Below the pieces are notes generated by a model. The model did no database searches and was not told the origin of the DNA. It saw only the letters and a program-made list of their open reading frames with translations. The position numbers were made by a program, and so were the translations under genes. 64,000 nucleotides of DNA from Eledone cirrhosa (Eukaryota), in NCBI GenBank assembly GCA_964016885.1, contig OZ024746.1, positions 4,960,001-5,024,000 of the forward strand, in the 5' to 3' direction. Shown one piece after another: positions 25,546 to 39,545 of the stretch; the stretch's first letter is position 1; every line of letters starts with the position of its first letter.

Positions 25546-27849
25546 TAAGTTGTAATAATTATGAAGAACTAATTTTCTCATTATTAAGCTGATGTTTGGA
25601 GGATAACTTAAAGATTCATACATAAAATCATGGAAAGTTTTTACATAAATGTACTTCAAAATAAAATTCTGCATTGTAGAACCATGGCTGGTTTCAGGTT
25701 TGGAATCAAAATGGTTAAAGCTTCAAGAAGCCCCAGAATAGCTTACCACATCAATTAACCCTTCCATTACCATATTTTTAATGAAAGACTGCCTACAATT
25801 TTCAATTAATCAAAAACCAAAAGAAAGATTGAATGTGTGTGTCTGTTGACCAAAGTATTCAGTTTACAAGTGTGATGTACCATTGAAATGTTTTTAGATA
25901 AATATAAACACTTTAAAATAAACAAATTTGTTTCATAGAACTAGGTGCAATGTCGGGTGATTTAGCATCAAAAGGGTTAAAGACAGAGAGAGGGATAGGA
26001 TGGCTCACTTGAAGTCTTCATTCTGATAAAATTAGTGATGGAAATTTATTGTATATAATCGAATATTAGCCAACTCCTATTTTATGTCTGAGAAATAAAC
26101 AAAAATCCAAACCCAGTTTATAAGCTTAATTTGTGCCATCATCAGTTTTTCCACTCGCTGTTTCCATGAGTTGGCAGTTTTACTAGGGCTGGATGCCCTA
26201 CATGATGCAAACTCATACATTTCATCTTTTAGTAGGGTATATACCACTGTTAGTCATCAAGCTGCTACAATGTAAAACACCGTCTATGGCAGACATAAAC
26301 ATCACTAAGACTGACAGACAGGAACACACACACACAACCCTTTAGCTTCAGCCTTTGACTTACCATAATTCGCATGTTTCTTTTTGTAAAATGTTTGCAA
26401 CTTCACTTGTGGTTGGGTCAACTAACATCTTGTACCACATGAAACTACATAAACCAGACATTCTTGAAAAGTATAAAACCGAACTACAACTACATTGCCT
26501 TAAGAATTAAAGTGTTTACTGATTCTGCAAATTTTCACAACCTGTCTACTAATTAAAATAATATAAGCATTTGAATAAAACAAACCAGTTTTTAGATATT
26601 TTCTGCTAATCAATACAGAATATTGAGTTAAATAGAAAGAAAATATTTAGCTAAAATAGTCATTTCCAATATGGTTTAGCTAAGTTCTAGAAACATAATT
26701 GTGTGTTTTTATGTCCAAAATGAACAGACTAACCAGTGTTTACTGTTAGTTACCATATTCCTAAAGAGACTGCCTACAGTTTTAAAATCCTTTTGAAAAT
26801 AGTCAAATTTTCCAACCACACAAAATCGTTTTTCTCACTATTTAGTGTATTAGTGTACAGTCTGCTTTCCTTTGGTTGGTATCTTAATGATATTGACTTA
26901 ATTGAGTGAGTGGGAAAACAATAGAAGATATATCGGTCCTATTCGAAAGTGTGTGTGTAGGCATATGCTAGCAAGTGCTGTGAATTTCAATCTCAGAGCA
27001 AGGTCTAGCAGATAAGCCACATACTGTATTTCAATTTTCAGCACCTGATTTTTTAGTTTAAAAATAAAAATAATAATAAAAGAATTATCAATGAGTCATC
27101 ATCATTATTTATCGTCAGTTTTGCCTGCAAGCTAGAGTTGGACAGGTCATCATAGACCAAGTCCATATTTAAATCAAAATTACTGACCTCTCAGACAGAC
27201 CAGGGACTGCATCACACATACATTCCTAAACTCTACAGGAGGTTGTCATGCACTTGACCCAACTGAAAAATCCTCTTTCGTTTGTCATAGTTTTTAAGGC
27301 TGGGTGCACTTTCTATCACCAACCAGCTTACAGGTTGTGTTTTTCCTTGCACTGGCAATAAGGAGATTATGTCATGACAAAAGGGTCTTCTCTCGGCCCT
27401 TTTTTTTGTTATGAGTTCCTAACACCAATCACTTTACAGGGAATTTGTTGGTCATTGATTTGACTGGAGAGCCTCATGTGGTATAGAATGTTAAAGAGCT
27501 AAGAAGTTGAGTATGGTAAAAAGTATAGTTGAACCTGAAAATGGTTTGAAGTTACTGAAAGTTTACTATAAACCATTGGTGACATGTGAAGATGGACAAC
27601 AAGACACCCAGACACTTGGAAATGTGACAGTGAGATGATGAAAATAAGATGATCAGAAAAGGTAGTATATGAAATTTACAGGACTGCCAAACAGATTACA
27701 AATAAACAGGTAGGAAATACATCACAGACACAAAAGAAAGATGTTCAGAGAGCATATGGATTCAGAGAAGAATACAAGACACATAATTAAAATAGCAAAA
27801 ACGTTAATAAAAAGGCTGCATTGTGATAGGAGTGAGCTGATTAAAGGAT

Positions 27850-29085
27850 TGAGAATAGGAAACTGTTATGGACCTAGATGGAATTAAGACAAGTAGAAGG
27901 GATATGTAGAAATGTTGCTGAATGTGGAGAATGAAAGGGGTGACAATAGAGCAGTGCAATTCTAGGACTAACTGAGGAGGAGATAACAGATAGTGGAGGA
28001 AACAAGAATAATGAAGAGTTGAAAACCAGGAGGGCTATTGGTGTTATGGAAGATATGTTAAAGGTAGTTGGGATGTGAATAAAATACATTTGAATATTGA
28101 TGGTGAAAGAAGACTGAACTTCAATGGATTAGGGAATGAGTACACTCATTCCTCTGTATAATGAAAAAATTGATCCTCAACTGTGGCTCATATGGCACAA
28201 ATTATTAGAGCATGTAATGCAGGCACTGGAAAGAATGATAGTGAAAAGACAAAGGAAAGCTGAATATTGATGACTTGCAGAAGAGGAAGAACTGATGTAA
28301 ATTATATTGTATGATAGTTACAGAAGCACAAAGGTAAAAGGATGAAGTTAATTTTGGGGTTTGTTGTGTTGTAGATATAAGCATAGAGAAAGGAGGAATG
28401 GTTGGTTGGAGAAGTGATAAAGTATGAGAAGACAATTGTAAGAAAGCAGAAGAGAAACAAATGATTTAGAAGTAAAAGTTGGAATGTACACAAAGTAATG
28501 GGTTGGTTTAGTGTTGTGAGAGGTGACAACTACATTTAAATGTATGGTGTGTATAGAGGGAGCTGCAAATGGAAAGGATGTGGTACTGGATCTTGGAATT
28601 GACATGAAGGCAGATGTGAAAAGATTTTATTACCTAGGAGAGATGTTGAATGGAGAAGGTGGATGAGATTCAAGAGTAGCTAGAGTGATATGTGCATGGA
28701 AGAATGTCTGGGAACTGAAAAGAAATGTGTTGCATATGTAAGAAGAACCAGGATTTACTAGAGCAAGAGACATAGCTAATGAAAAAGCTAGAAAGAACCA
28801 AACTGAGAATAGTAGGGATAGAACCAATGATGGATGTTGTGAAGAGAAATGAGATGAGAAGGCTGAATAATGTGCTGAGGAATAATGTAAGTGACTGGAT
28901 GAAAGGAATGAAATGTGGAAGGAAGCAAATGATCAAGAAAGATAGTTTTAAAGGTGAAGGATGAAATGAGATCAAAGGTGATAGTGGGGGAGGGGTGTAT
29001 ACGATAGGGCAAAATGAAAAAAAACTGTCATGGAACCTACAAAGCTAACCCCTGTATTAACAGAGGGAAAGGCCTTAAAACTCTT
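27850..29085 (+). mobile_element. Heavily degraded RTE-like LINE
   Basis: Purine-rich, with residual F.YLG...GG...ARV..AW and GIEP..DVV.R..R motifs. Confidence 0.45.
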
Positions 29086-30889
29086 ATATCAACATATATT
29101 TGTCAAAGTGATTATTATATAAGTCTCTGAGATGTATATATACAACACTAACAAATGTACTATGAGTTCTAGGAGAATAAATGGCTAATCACTATTTTTA
29201 TGTCTAATATTTCATTCTGGATATAGTAGTGTTTGGAAGACAGGATTTCAAAGGATCATGTACACCAAATGTTGATATGACAAAATTCCTCTCATTATTT
29301 GTACCTCCAATATTTACATTCTTATGTCAAAGTATAGTCATCACAAAACAGGAACCCTTGCATCAGTGATCATCATAATCATCGATAGACATTCAACAGT
29401 GATGATGATGATGCAAGAGTTTCTGTTTTGTTTGTACTAGTAGTCTAGACTTAGCCCTGTGAATCTTCAAGTTTTTTTTTTAACATGATGTTCTTATAAA
29501 TCACAAATTTCTGAAAATTTTAACAGATTCTGTGATGTCATTAGCACAGAGAAATTCCTTCAAGCATCCAATTTCAAAAGATGAAATGAAAAAAAAAAAT
29601 AATGAAATCTACACCTCTCACCTATCCAAGTTTAAATAGCCTCATACAAGGTTGATTCTCATAAGATGTTTCTTAGATGTTTTAATAATCGGGGCCCCAG
29701 TCCTATCATGAAAAGCAACATGAAATGAAACATTTTGTTCAAGAACAATGCATCACCTGACCTAGGAAGCGAATCGATCACTCCCCCAAAAATAGAATGA
29801 AGAGAAGACTGAAGGGAGAATTTTAGATATCACTCATCTATACACTAAATTCCTACCTGAGCTCTGTCAATTCTGATCTTTTTTAGCTACTTCATACATC
29901 ACCTGAACCTCTCAAACAAGCCATTATCCCCACATAACTTTTTAACCCTCAAACCACTTGCATGTGGTCACCTGAGAGGAGTTGGGCCAGCTTTGACCAG
30001 TGAATCTGCAAAACTGAGACAGTAGCTAAACCATATCCGGCAATCAGAGATTGTCAAGCAGTCATACAATTTCAATAGTGATCAGCAAATACAAGGACCT
30101 TCTGTATGTAGATAATTATGTGAAGGTGCGTGGCCTAGTGGTAAGGGACTTACAATCTTAATGTCGCGGGTTCAATTGCTGGGCTGGGTTGGGTTGGGTT
30201 GCATGCAGCATGCTTGAGCAAAACACTTCATTTCCTGTTGCTCCAGTACCAGCAATAGCTGGGGGTTTAGCCCCACGATGGACTGGTGTCCTGTCCAGGA
30301 GAGAGTCTTGTAATCTGTCAGTTCACACCACAAAACCAGGAAAAGCACTAGCCTGACAAGCGTCTTGTCTTGAGAGACTTTAGATGGAGATAATTACAAT
30401 AAGTTAGCATTAGATTAGCTAAAATCATGCAACTATGTGTTCTCAGTGATTGGCATGACAACAGTATTTTCAATTGGATTGAATATAGGTGCAATTTAAG
30501 TCTATTAGAGCAGATAACAACAAAAGATTATCTTTTACAAGTAACAAGTGCAGTTGTGATGATAGATAAAGAAATCTACACTAAAATTCTCCCTACTTTT
30601 CTTGTTAAATTAAAACAACCAAAGTTTGAACATTTTACAAATCTATACACTAACAATAGCAGCATATTTTGACAACTGACTAGTAACTCAAATTTTAAAT
30701 GAAGTATGAGTGAGTATGACAAAGAAAAATACCATTTTAAGTAAGTTATCTCAGAATTCAATGAATAAAAACAATATTGGTACTACAGTTAGCTATACAA
30801 TAGATACAACTGAATACCAAACAAGAAAAAATAGAACCTGTTCAATACATAGGAAAGAAGATTGAAAATGTTTCCAAATAAAGCCTTAA

Positions 30890-31109
30890 CCCTTTAGCAT
30901 TTACATTACTCTATATATACTATTGTATTTTTGCAATAAAGGCTTTACTGCACATAATATCTCACATAGTATTGAATCTGTGAGATTTTGATGATATTTA
31001 TTTTGAGAACAATATCTTAACATCAGTATGGGTGCCCAGTTATGGCTGGTTCGAATAGAAAGAGGTGAGAGAATTCTGGCCAGCTATGACCGGTTTAAAT
31101 GCTAAAGGG
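30890..31109 (-). mobile_element. piggyBac-like MITE, inverted relative to the 13014 copy
   Basis: Perfect 14-bp TIRs CCCTTTAGCATTTA/TAAATGCTAAAGGG; TTAA at 30886-30889 and 31110-31113. Confidence 0.88.
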
Positions 31110-34100
31110 TTAAAATATTTTCTAAATCTAAGTGGAATTTTTCTTTTCATAATCACAATTGTAACTAAAAGCAATAAATATAGAAATGCAATTCTAACAA
31201 TACCACAACTATATCTGTTATCAAATAATTATCTAATTTTAGTATACTTTTTCTCCATATTTTATAGTTGATAATCCTTGTTGATGATAAGAGTTGATTA
31301 TTCTATTCATAATCCATCATAAATACACAACTGTGTTCCAGGTTCAAGAAGTAGACATCACCATTGTGAACAAGAACATTAACAAGTCTTTTACAGGTTA
31401 GCAATGTTGAATTCAATTCCTCAAGCTACTGGAGAAGATGAGTACAAGATGTAATATAATCCAAAACATGCCAAACATAATTATCTCCTCAAAATTATGA
31501 AAGCATTGGATTTGATAATTAAGCATCCAATATTATTTTACATGTTTGTGTAATTATCAGAAGGTAATATAATTAGCTGAAATTAATGGAGTAAGTATGT
31601 TTGCAGTTGAATACCTTAAACACTAATCTTGAAGTGGTACCTATTTCAGACTAACAAACTGACATAAAAGCAGTTTAGATTATATATAGTGGTACCTATT
31701 TCAGATAAACAGTATATTATATATAGTGGTACCTATTTCAGATAAACAGTATAGTATATATAATGGAATCTATTTCAGACTAATAGACTGACATAATAGC
31801 AGTATATATTATATATAGGCAACACAACTTTAATTTCTACATTTGAAGTATATATTCATTGTAGCTTCGAGAAATACCAACACTAACAGTGGTAAATTGA
31901 TTGTATGCTAGTTTATATAGCATAACTTTATGACACACCTGGAAAGACAAGAAAAATCTAAAGTTCTAATTGCTACCAGTTCATCACCAAATCAGTTATA
32001 AACCCTTTTTTAAATAATTCTTACAACAGAAATAATTGGCAATATGTACACTACTGCTACATTTCACATCAGCTTTCCTTACTAAAAACTAATAATTAGG
32101 ACCAAATACTACAGCTAGTATGATGTTAAGTCAAAATAGAGAAGACATTAAATTTTAAACATGTCCTATCTCAACTGCTCCATAGAGCAGAAACCCAATA
32201 GATATCTGAATGAACCTAATCTATGTTGCTAAGTGACTGGTGATTGAAAGGGCATCTATGAATTTAAAAACATGATAAAGCTAACCAAGTTTTTTTCTGT
32301 TGCTGTGTAACTGCTGAGGGATCACAATAGACTCAACCAATACAAGTCAGCATGAAAAAGTGGATGTAAAGTGGTGAAGGATTACAATGGACCCATCCAA
32401 TACATATCAGCATGAAAAAAAAAGAAGCAATTCACAGATTTTTGTCTTATTTGCTCAACACTGACTGGCGAAAAAAAAAGGACAAACTACAAGTGCTGTT
32501 CTTACTATCCTGTGATCATACAGAATTACATCTTCCACTGAATTGGACGTGCGTGGCCTAATGATAAGGGTGTTGGACATATGATCCTGGACATTTCAAT
32601 GACTCCTTAACCTTCTAGAATATATGGTATGAAACTCATGTGTAAGTATTTAAATCATGAAGAATGTGACTAGGACATGTTCAGAAAATGGAAATTCTAT
32701 AGCAATATTATTTTTAGAAAGTATTTACTAATTTAAATGAAAGCTATGTCATTATGGTTCAGGATTATTTTAATGTGTAGTCTCAGCACGTATCACGAGT
32801 AGCTCAGGTCCGTTCGACTCGCTAGAAACAGTAGCTAAATCTTCCTCAAACTATACACTACCATCTTGTATGAGGACAGGGTATATTAGATACATATATC
32901 TGTGAAATGCCTTCGATCAAAAGCCTTCATAAGGATTAACCTGGGGCTAAACAACTGTATATGGAAATACGTTGAAGGCCTATAGAAGTAGGTTATACAT
33001 TTAATACCTCACTGCCAATGGATGAATTAGAGTTTGTCTTCTGATACAACCGTTTCAAACATACATAACGACATATTTAACAAATATATTTATATATTTG
33101 TCCCCAAAACACATCGGTGTTACGGAGTAACTTTGTACTTCAAATGCAATGAAAGAATTAACGACGTTAAGCAAGATTAAATAAGCGAAAACTTAAATTA
33201 TGTTATCACACGACTGAACAGGTCACCTGGTTAGTAAATCATAGTTATCTCCCTTGTATTTAACGGAAGTACATTACAATAAATTTCACGAGTTGACAGA
33301 CAGGTAGATCATGTCAACTTATAGTTCTCTGAAATTTCAAGGTATATCTAGAAAGATTCTTTTTTTAAAAAATGTTCTTACATCTCAAACTAAAGAGTAA
33401 TAGTAAAAAAAGAGGCAACACATTTTTAATAAAATATATTTTCCACAACAAATACTCCTACAACGCCACCACATGTTACTTAAAGCACTATATATATATC
33501 ATCACCGTTTTACGTCCATTCTTCAACACTAGCATGGGTTAGACAGGTTGTCCTGTTGTGGGCAATGCCAGGTCAGGTGACATTGTCTTGCTCATACGGG
33601 AACTGGTTCTGGCTTGATTTCTACAGCTGGATGCCCTTCCTAACACCAACCTCATTTACAGAGAGTGCTGGGTGCTTTTTTGCCGTGGCACCTCCACGAC
33701 CACTTTGCAGTGGAATGATAGCGACCCCAGTCCCTATCATCTCATTTCTACTGAGTCAACTGGAGCAACGTGAAATAAAGTGTCTTGCTCAAGGAAACAT
33801 CACCCGGTCCGAAAATGGAACTCACAACCTTTCGATTGCAAGCCCAATGCTCTAACCACTAAGCCATATATATATATAGAGAGAGAGAGATAGATAGAGA
33901 GACTATGTTGAGGTATCATAACATATATATGTATGATGATTGTTTCTCAAAAAAAAACTCAATGTATCTTGGCCCAGAGCATCAATAATTCAAATTAAAA
34001 GATATATATGTCGAGGGGGAGGGGCATATATCGTTTGAGAAACAGTATTTTGTACACATATATAAAGTATTCAGGAAAAAGTACATACTTTAGGATGAAA

Positions 34101-34739
34101 AAAAAATATATATCTTTAAAGTTCCGCTTGAGCGACATCAAATACCAACACCTCCGTAAAACAAGAAAAACAAAAACGATGTAAAAAATATTTCCATAAA
34201 ATTTCACAACTTAAACAGGAAAATAATTTTAGTTTAAACTTATTTGTCCCAATTTGACGAGGGTGTATAGTTGTTGCATCGTGGTAATAAAATGCTTTAG
34301 CTCTAGTAATTATATAGCTGACGGAGCAGATTAGTTTAATGTAAGAAAACAATGTAACTCGTGCACTGAACATTTTAATGGAATTTTCCTAATCTCATAT
34401 TCCCACCAAATGACAAATATTGAAACTACGTTTGTGGAAATATTCCACCAGTGTAAAAGGATTAGTTAGGACGGCCAAATCATTCAGCTGGCAACTCTTG
34501 AATAAACAAGGAAAGACAACTACCTAGGGTTAATCACAGAACTTCTAAGATCCAGGATATTACTGGCTGCTTATATATTACTGCCTTCTTCCAACTAAAT
34601 TTGTCCAAGCTACAGGCACTGTCTCAGAGTAGACCCCATTCACTGAAGTTACGCCCACCACTCTTACCTACTTTTCGACAAATTTACTAGAGGAAAGAGA
34701 ACAGCAACTCCCTCTTCACCTTCCTCACTAAATCTATGG

Positions 34740-35075
34740 GAGTTTTGTCGAAGAGGAAATGCCTGTCTAAAGTCTTTTCAATCACGTCCACCCACCCGCG
34801 TAAGCTATTTCGCCATAGCTACCAAACCGAAGAAACCTGCCTGCCTTTCCTTTCCCGGCCAAAAGAAGGCGGTTATGCCTGCTTCAGAATAAAACCCGAC
34901 CGACAGCCAAATCTGCCATACACGAGGAAACACTTTTCGATAAAACTAACTACGCAAGTAAGCAACCATCGGACACTAAACGAATGCGGGCACATCATCA
35001 GCTACGACATGCAAGGGGTTTTACTGGCTACATATAGAGGGTCTGACCAGTGGAACGGGTGCATTCCACATTGAA
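34740..35075 (+). mobile_element. Possible degenerate Penelope-like reverse transcriptase fragment
   Basis: ORF spacing HP...F...EE.CLPFL...IKP resembles the PLE RT 'HP.I.FT.E.E....LPFLD...YRKPT' region; weak. Confidence 0.3.
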
Positions 35076-35454
35076 CATCATCTGTCCAGCGACATACGAC
35101 TTGGCCTTGCCTCTCCAAGAACCTAGCTACAAGCCCAACGATCGATTAAACAGACTTCCAGCATTTAAAACTTATAATTAAAGATGTAAGGAAATACCAC
35201 AAGGCTCTACCATCCAAATACTTCTTGTTCGATCACGACAATTTAACTATCAGTGTCCTGCTTAATAAAATAACTTGATAGAGGATTATAAAAATCAAAG
35301 TTCGATATATATATATATTAATATATAATATTGATGTTTTCACTCTACTAATGTATTGAGTACACTATTTACTGTGGTTACCACCCAATTTAACTCTGGT
35401 ATATATTATGAAATACTGTTAGCTTCTAGCTCACATTAATTTCTCTATTTTCAT

Positions 35455-35498
<44 letters not shown>

Positions 35499-35914
35499 CA
35501 TACAGGAGACCAAAGAAAGAGATGTAATGTGTCGAGCTTGAAGCAGTAATTTTCAGCTAGCAACAACCTAGCAGCTAATACGAAACTATGAACGGGGTTA
35601 AAATCCAAAACAACGAGAATATACTGGAAAAAATATAAACTGACATCAATAGATGACATTTTATCACAGTAAATCTAAACATAATACGAAATGAATTTAA
35701 AATATTGCTGATAATATAAACAACGAAAGATATCTATTTTCAACAAACATATTTAATTTCCAGTCATTTTATTCTCAATGGTATTAATGTTAATAAGAAA
35801 CTTCAAATAAAAATCCATGTGCTATCTCAGAGAACCTTTAACTAGTTTTTCTCTCTCTCTCTCTCTCTCTACTTGTAACTATAGCAACGAAATATAACTT
35901 CAATAGAAAGTATT

Positions 35915-36265
35915 TTCTCTAGGGTCTCCAATAATCCCCCGCTTATTAATTTATTAGATTTTTTCCAACATCGCTTATTAAATTTTGCTAATCTATCTCT
36001 AGCGAAATTTTATTTTAAATGCTAGCATTCCTGCAATATCTTCCTTAGATATTAAAGGACATCACAAGAAATCCCATATGTTATAAAATAAATAAGATGG
36101 GTTGAGGGTCTTAATATGTAAACTAAACGACTAATTCTGGTTTTCAAAAAAAATAAATAAATAAACGGAGACAGCCTAAAAAAATTACCGATTTTCCGAC
36201 CCCCGCGCTTAATCCAAATCTCCCGCTCTTTCACCCCCTCCCCCATTATTTGGGACTGAAGAGTA
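35915..36265 (+). mobile_element. Non-autonomous DNA transposon with TACTCT/GAGTA-type ends (copies 20872-21215 inverted, 43830-43955 inverted, 44461-44785, 53630-53973)
   Basis: Shared TTATTAAATTTTGCTAATCTATCTC...AATATGTAAACTAAACGACTAATT sequence and imperfect terminal inverted repeats. Confidence 0.65.
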
Positions 36266-36924
36266 CATAAATATTTTCATAATTCCATAATTTTAACGAA
36301 ATTAATCTGTCAGCAACTTTGAGGATGTAATGTTTAGAATCAGTTTATATATATTATATGGATAACGTAAATGTTCTTGCGCATCAAATATTTACCGCCA
36401 TAAAATATAAAACGTCTGCAACAAGCAACAAGTTTCTTGAAAATAAAATTAAAATAACCAAACAACGCAATATTCAGACAATAAATAAACAAGAGATTTA
36501 ATTTGCGAGAATATTCTATTTCTTATCGATAACACCATTTTATTAAGATATCAACTCACACTATCATTTAGATTTACCAACTGGATACATAACAATCCTG
36601 AATATGAACTACACTCCAGCTATTTCAGTTTGTGTAGGAAACTCTCAGGAGAGCTGGACAGCAGGTCTTCAAAGGAGAAACCTTACTCAAGCCAGTGTTT
36701 CGACCCATACCTTCTTACATTCTAGGAAATTAAGAGATAACAACACCATTTTATTAAGATATCAACTGACACAAAACACCCCTGACTACGAACCATTTCA
36801 ATTTGTGTATAATCTAATAGCAGGTCTTTTCCTGACTGGAGATCAGAATTAAAATACACCGATACATTCTCAAATTTAATCTAGAAAAATATTTTAATCT
36901 TATCTGTTATACACAAACATAAAA

Positions 36925-37122
36925 GTTCCTGTCTTCATCGCTGCAACAGAGGCCTAGTTGAAGGCCCAAAACCTTCCGAGTTCTTTTTACAGGGCTTAGA
37001 AAAACTGAAGGACCGCAACAATAAATGTGTGAGAGGGGAATATGTTAAATAAAATCATAATTAACCGATCTTTCTGTATTTTCTTTTACCCAAATCCAGG
37101 AACATTTCAGCACCTCCTCTTA
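36925..37122 (+). mobile_element. mariner transposase C-terminal remnant with right TIR
   Basis: Reads EFFLQGLEKLKDRNNKCVRGEYVK*, like the mariner 'FF..GI..L..R..KC....G.Y' end, followed by a TIR-like GGAACATTTCAGCACCTCCTCT-TA. Confidence 0.65.
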
Positions 37123-38374
37123 CAAAAAGAAATTATACAATGGTGAGGATAGCGGGGGGGGGGGGGGGGGGGAGATACTGCCCTTCTTTACTTCTTCCCC
37201 TTTTTTTTCATCACTCAGTTTTATTTTTATCTTTTTTATTTGTCATATTTCAATCATTATCTAGAAAATATGTAATCACACAAAGTATAATAATTGTTTC
37301 TACTTTAGGCACAAGGCCATCAATTACCCAGTACATTACTGGTACTTTATTTTATCGACCCCGTAAGGGTGAAAGACAAAGTTAACCTCGGCGGAGTATA
37401 ATAATGTACTTTGAAAATGTATTATAGCTATTGTTTAGCCCAAGGCCAACCATGAAGGAGTTTGAATGTCTCATCCATTTTCAGAGACTACATCAGGAGG
37501 GCTCAAACGACATGCAAACGTACCTGAAATCCAACCACAGCCCGCTATTGGCACATATTCTTCATTGACCATAGTTAAATATGGAATGATACATCATTGT
37601 GTCATGTTTAAGACTGCCAGGTTTGATAATGAAGCCGTTCTAACAGGTCAATCAATCGAATTGTTAGTTAAAGGCTCCATTTAAAACAACGTCATTAATA
37701 TGAGAGGGTAATAGCTTTTGTTTTATATTTATGTTTAGGTAGTTGATAGTACAATGTGAAGTCGCCACACGCCTAAATACTATTATTACTTGCCAAATAT
37801 TAAAACTAATATCAATAAAAAAGAAATAGTAAGAATGTTTTCTTTTAAATATATGAAAATCTACAAATGAACATTATTCATAGAATCCTTTAAATATTTA
37901 AAACGAAAGAAATTCATTTGAATGAGCTAAATTACGTTCTGGGAAGGGAACCATATTCTCGATTTCAAAACATGTTTCATGGAAAATTTAGGCGAAGTCA
38001 ACTAAATTTCTGAATGTGTGTATATCATAATAGCCTTTATGTTGAGGACAGTAGTTATTACATGGACAAACGGTGTAAAATATAAATTAGGATGATGCTC
38101 AAGATGATGTCTACAATTAAAAGTGGACATTGAATGAGTATAAAATTAACAACTAAGATATTCTCACAAAATTTCAACGTTAATCGAATGAGTCATAACT
38201 TCACATCATCTGTGTTAAAGACAACTGGTTTTCGATATATATATATATACATACATACATATATATAAATATATATACACACAGCACAATTTTCAAGTTA
38301 ATTATGCAGCCCATCGTGTCCGTTTACATTTAGAAACAGTTACAATACACAGAAATCGTATATGTGTGTGTGTG

Positions 38375-38417
<43 letters not shown>

Positions 38418-38676
38418 CAGACACACACATATCTGTATTGAAGCTATTCTGTCATCTGAAATTGTATGTTTCGATAAATTCCGCATACGAAATATTGCAA
38501 CTAAAAGAAACATTCAGAATCGATAGATATGTATATAGAAGAAACAAGGGGCCGTGTGGTTACTTGATAAGTGTATTTAGAAATAAAAGGAAAGCACAAA
38601 CAAGGGACAGTCCCCTCTTCAGTTGTCTGCTGTATTTAAATATATATATATCACAGGGTCATCAGACAAAAGCATT

Positions 38677-38726
38677 TCTTGTCTGATGACCCTGTGATAA
38701 ACAGGCGAAACTCCAGAGTAACAAGA
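38677..38726 (+). ncRNA. Type I minimal hammerhead ribozyme motif (Penelope-like pLTR remnant)
   Basis: Stem I TCTTGT/ACAAGA; core CTGATGA 38683-38689; stem II CCTGT/ACAGG; GAAA 38707-38710; stem III CTC-CA-GAG; GTA cleavage triplet ending at 38720. The stem II closing pair is C-C rather than G-C. Confidence 0.65.
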
Positions 38727-39265
38727 CTCACTATTTTAGCCATGCTAAAATGAATATTAAATCTCTACATCGGTATTGAGTACTCTTTTCTCTCAGCCGT
38801 CAACCACATATATGCCAAATGTTGTGCCTAAGTGCGAGGTGCGGGGTGTGGGGGCAGTCTATTAAATATATTACCGGTTGGACGTGGGATAAATTGAATA
38901 AGTCATCATTTAAGAAATGTTTGATTTTAAAATATACAACACAGCAACATGGAAAAACACGAAATCGTATTCCGATACATTAAAATTTTAAAAACCAAAA
39001 AAGTGTCAACGTTCCCTCACAAAAGATTAAAACTACCGGAAATTGTTCCGGGATGCTGACCCCACACATCTACAGTTCACCCCAGAGATGCTGGGGTTTT
39101 TTTCGCTTGTATTTAGTTTCTTTTTAGTTTAGGTGAACTTTGATTGACCAGACATATGATGAAAGGGATTCCAACCTTTAAAGTGTTTTTAGGGGTTATG
39201 TTTAGTAGAATTACATTATCTAAGTATCTATAACTCGTCGCATTCACCGGATTCATTACATGTGT

Positions 39266-39545
39266 GTACACATATATATATACACACACACATATATATA
39301 TTATATATATATACACACACATATATATACACACACATATATATATACACGCATATATATATATACACACATATATATTTATACACATATATATTTATAC
39401 ACATATATATATATACACATATATATATATACACACATATATATTTATACACATATATATACACACATATATATATATATATACACATATTTATACACAT
39501 ATATACACACATATATGTACACATACACATTATATATACATACAT
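39266..39545. repeat. (TA)/(CA) compound microsatellite
   Basis: Direct inspection. Confidence 0.95.
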
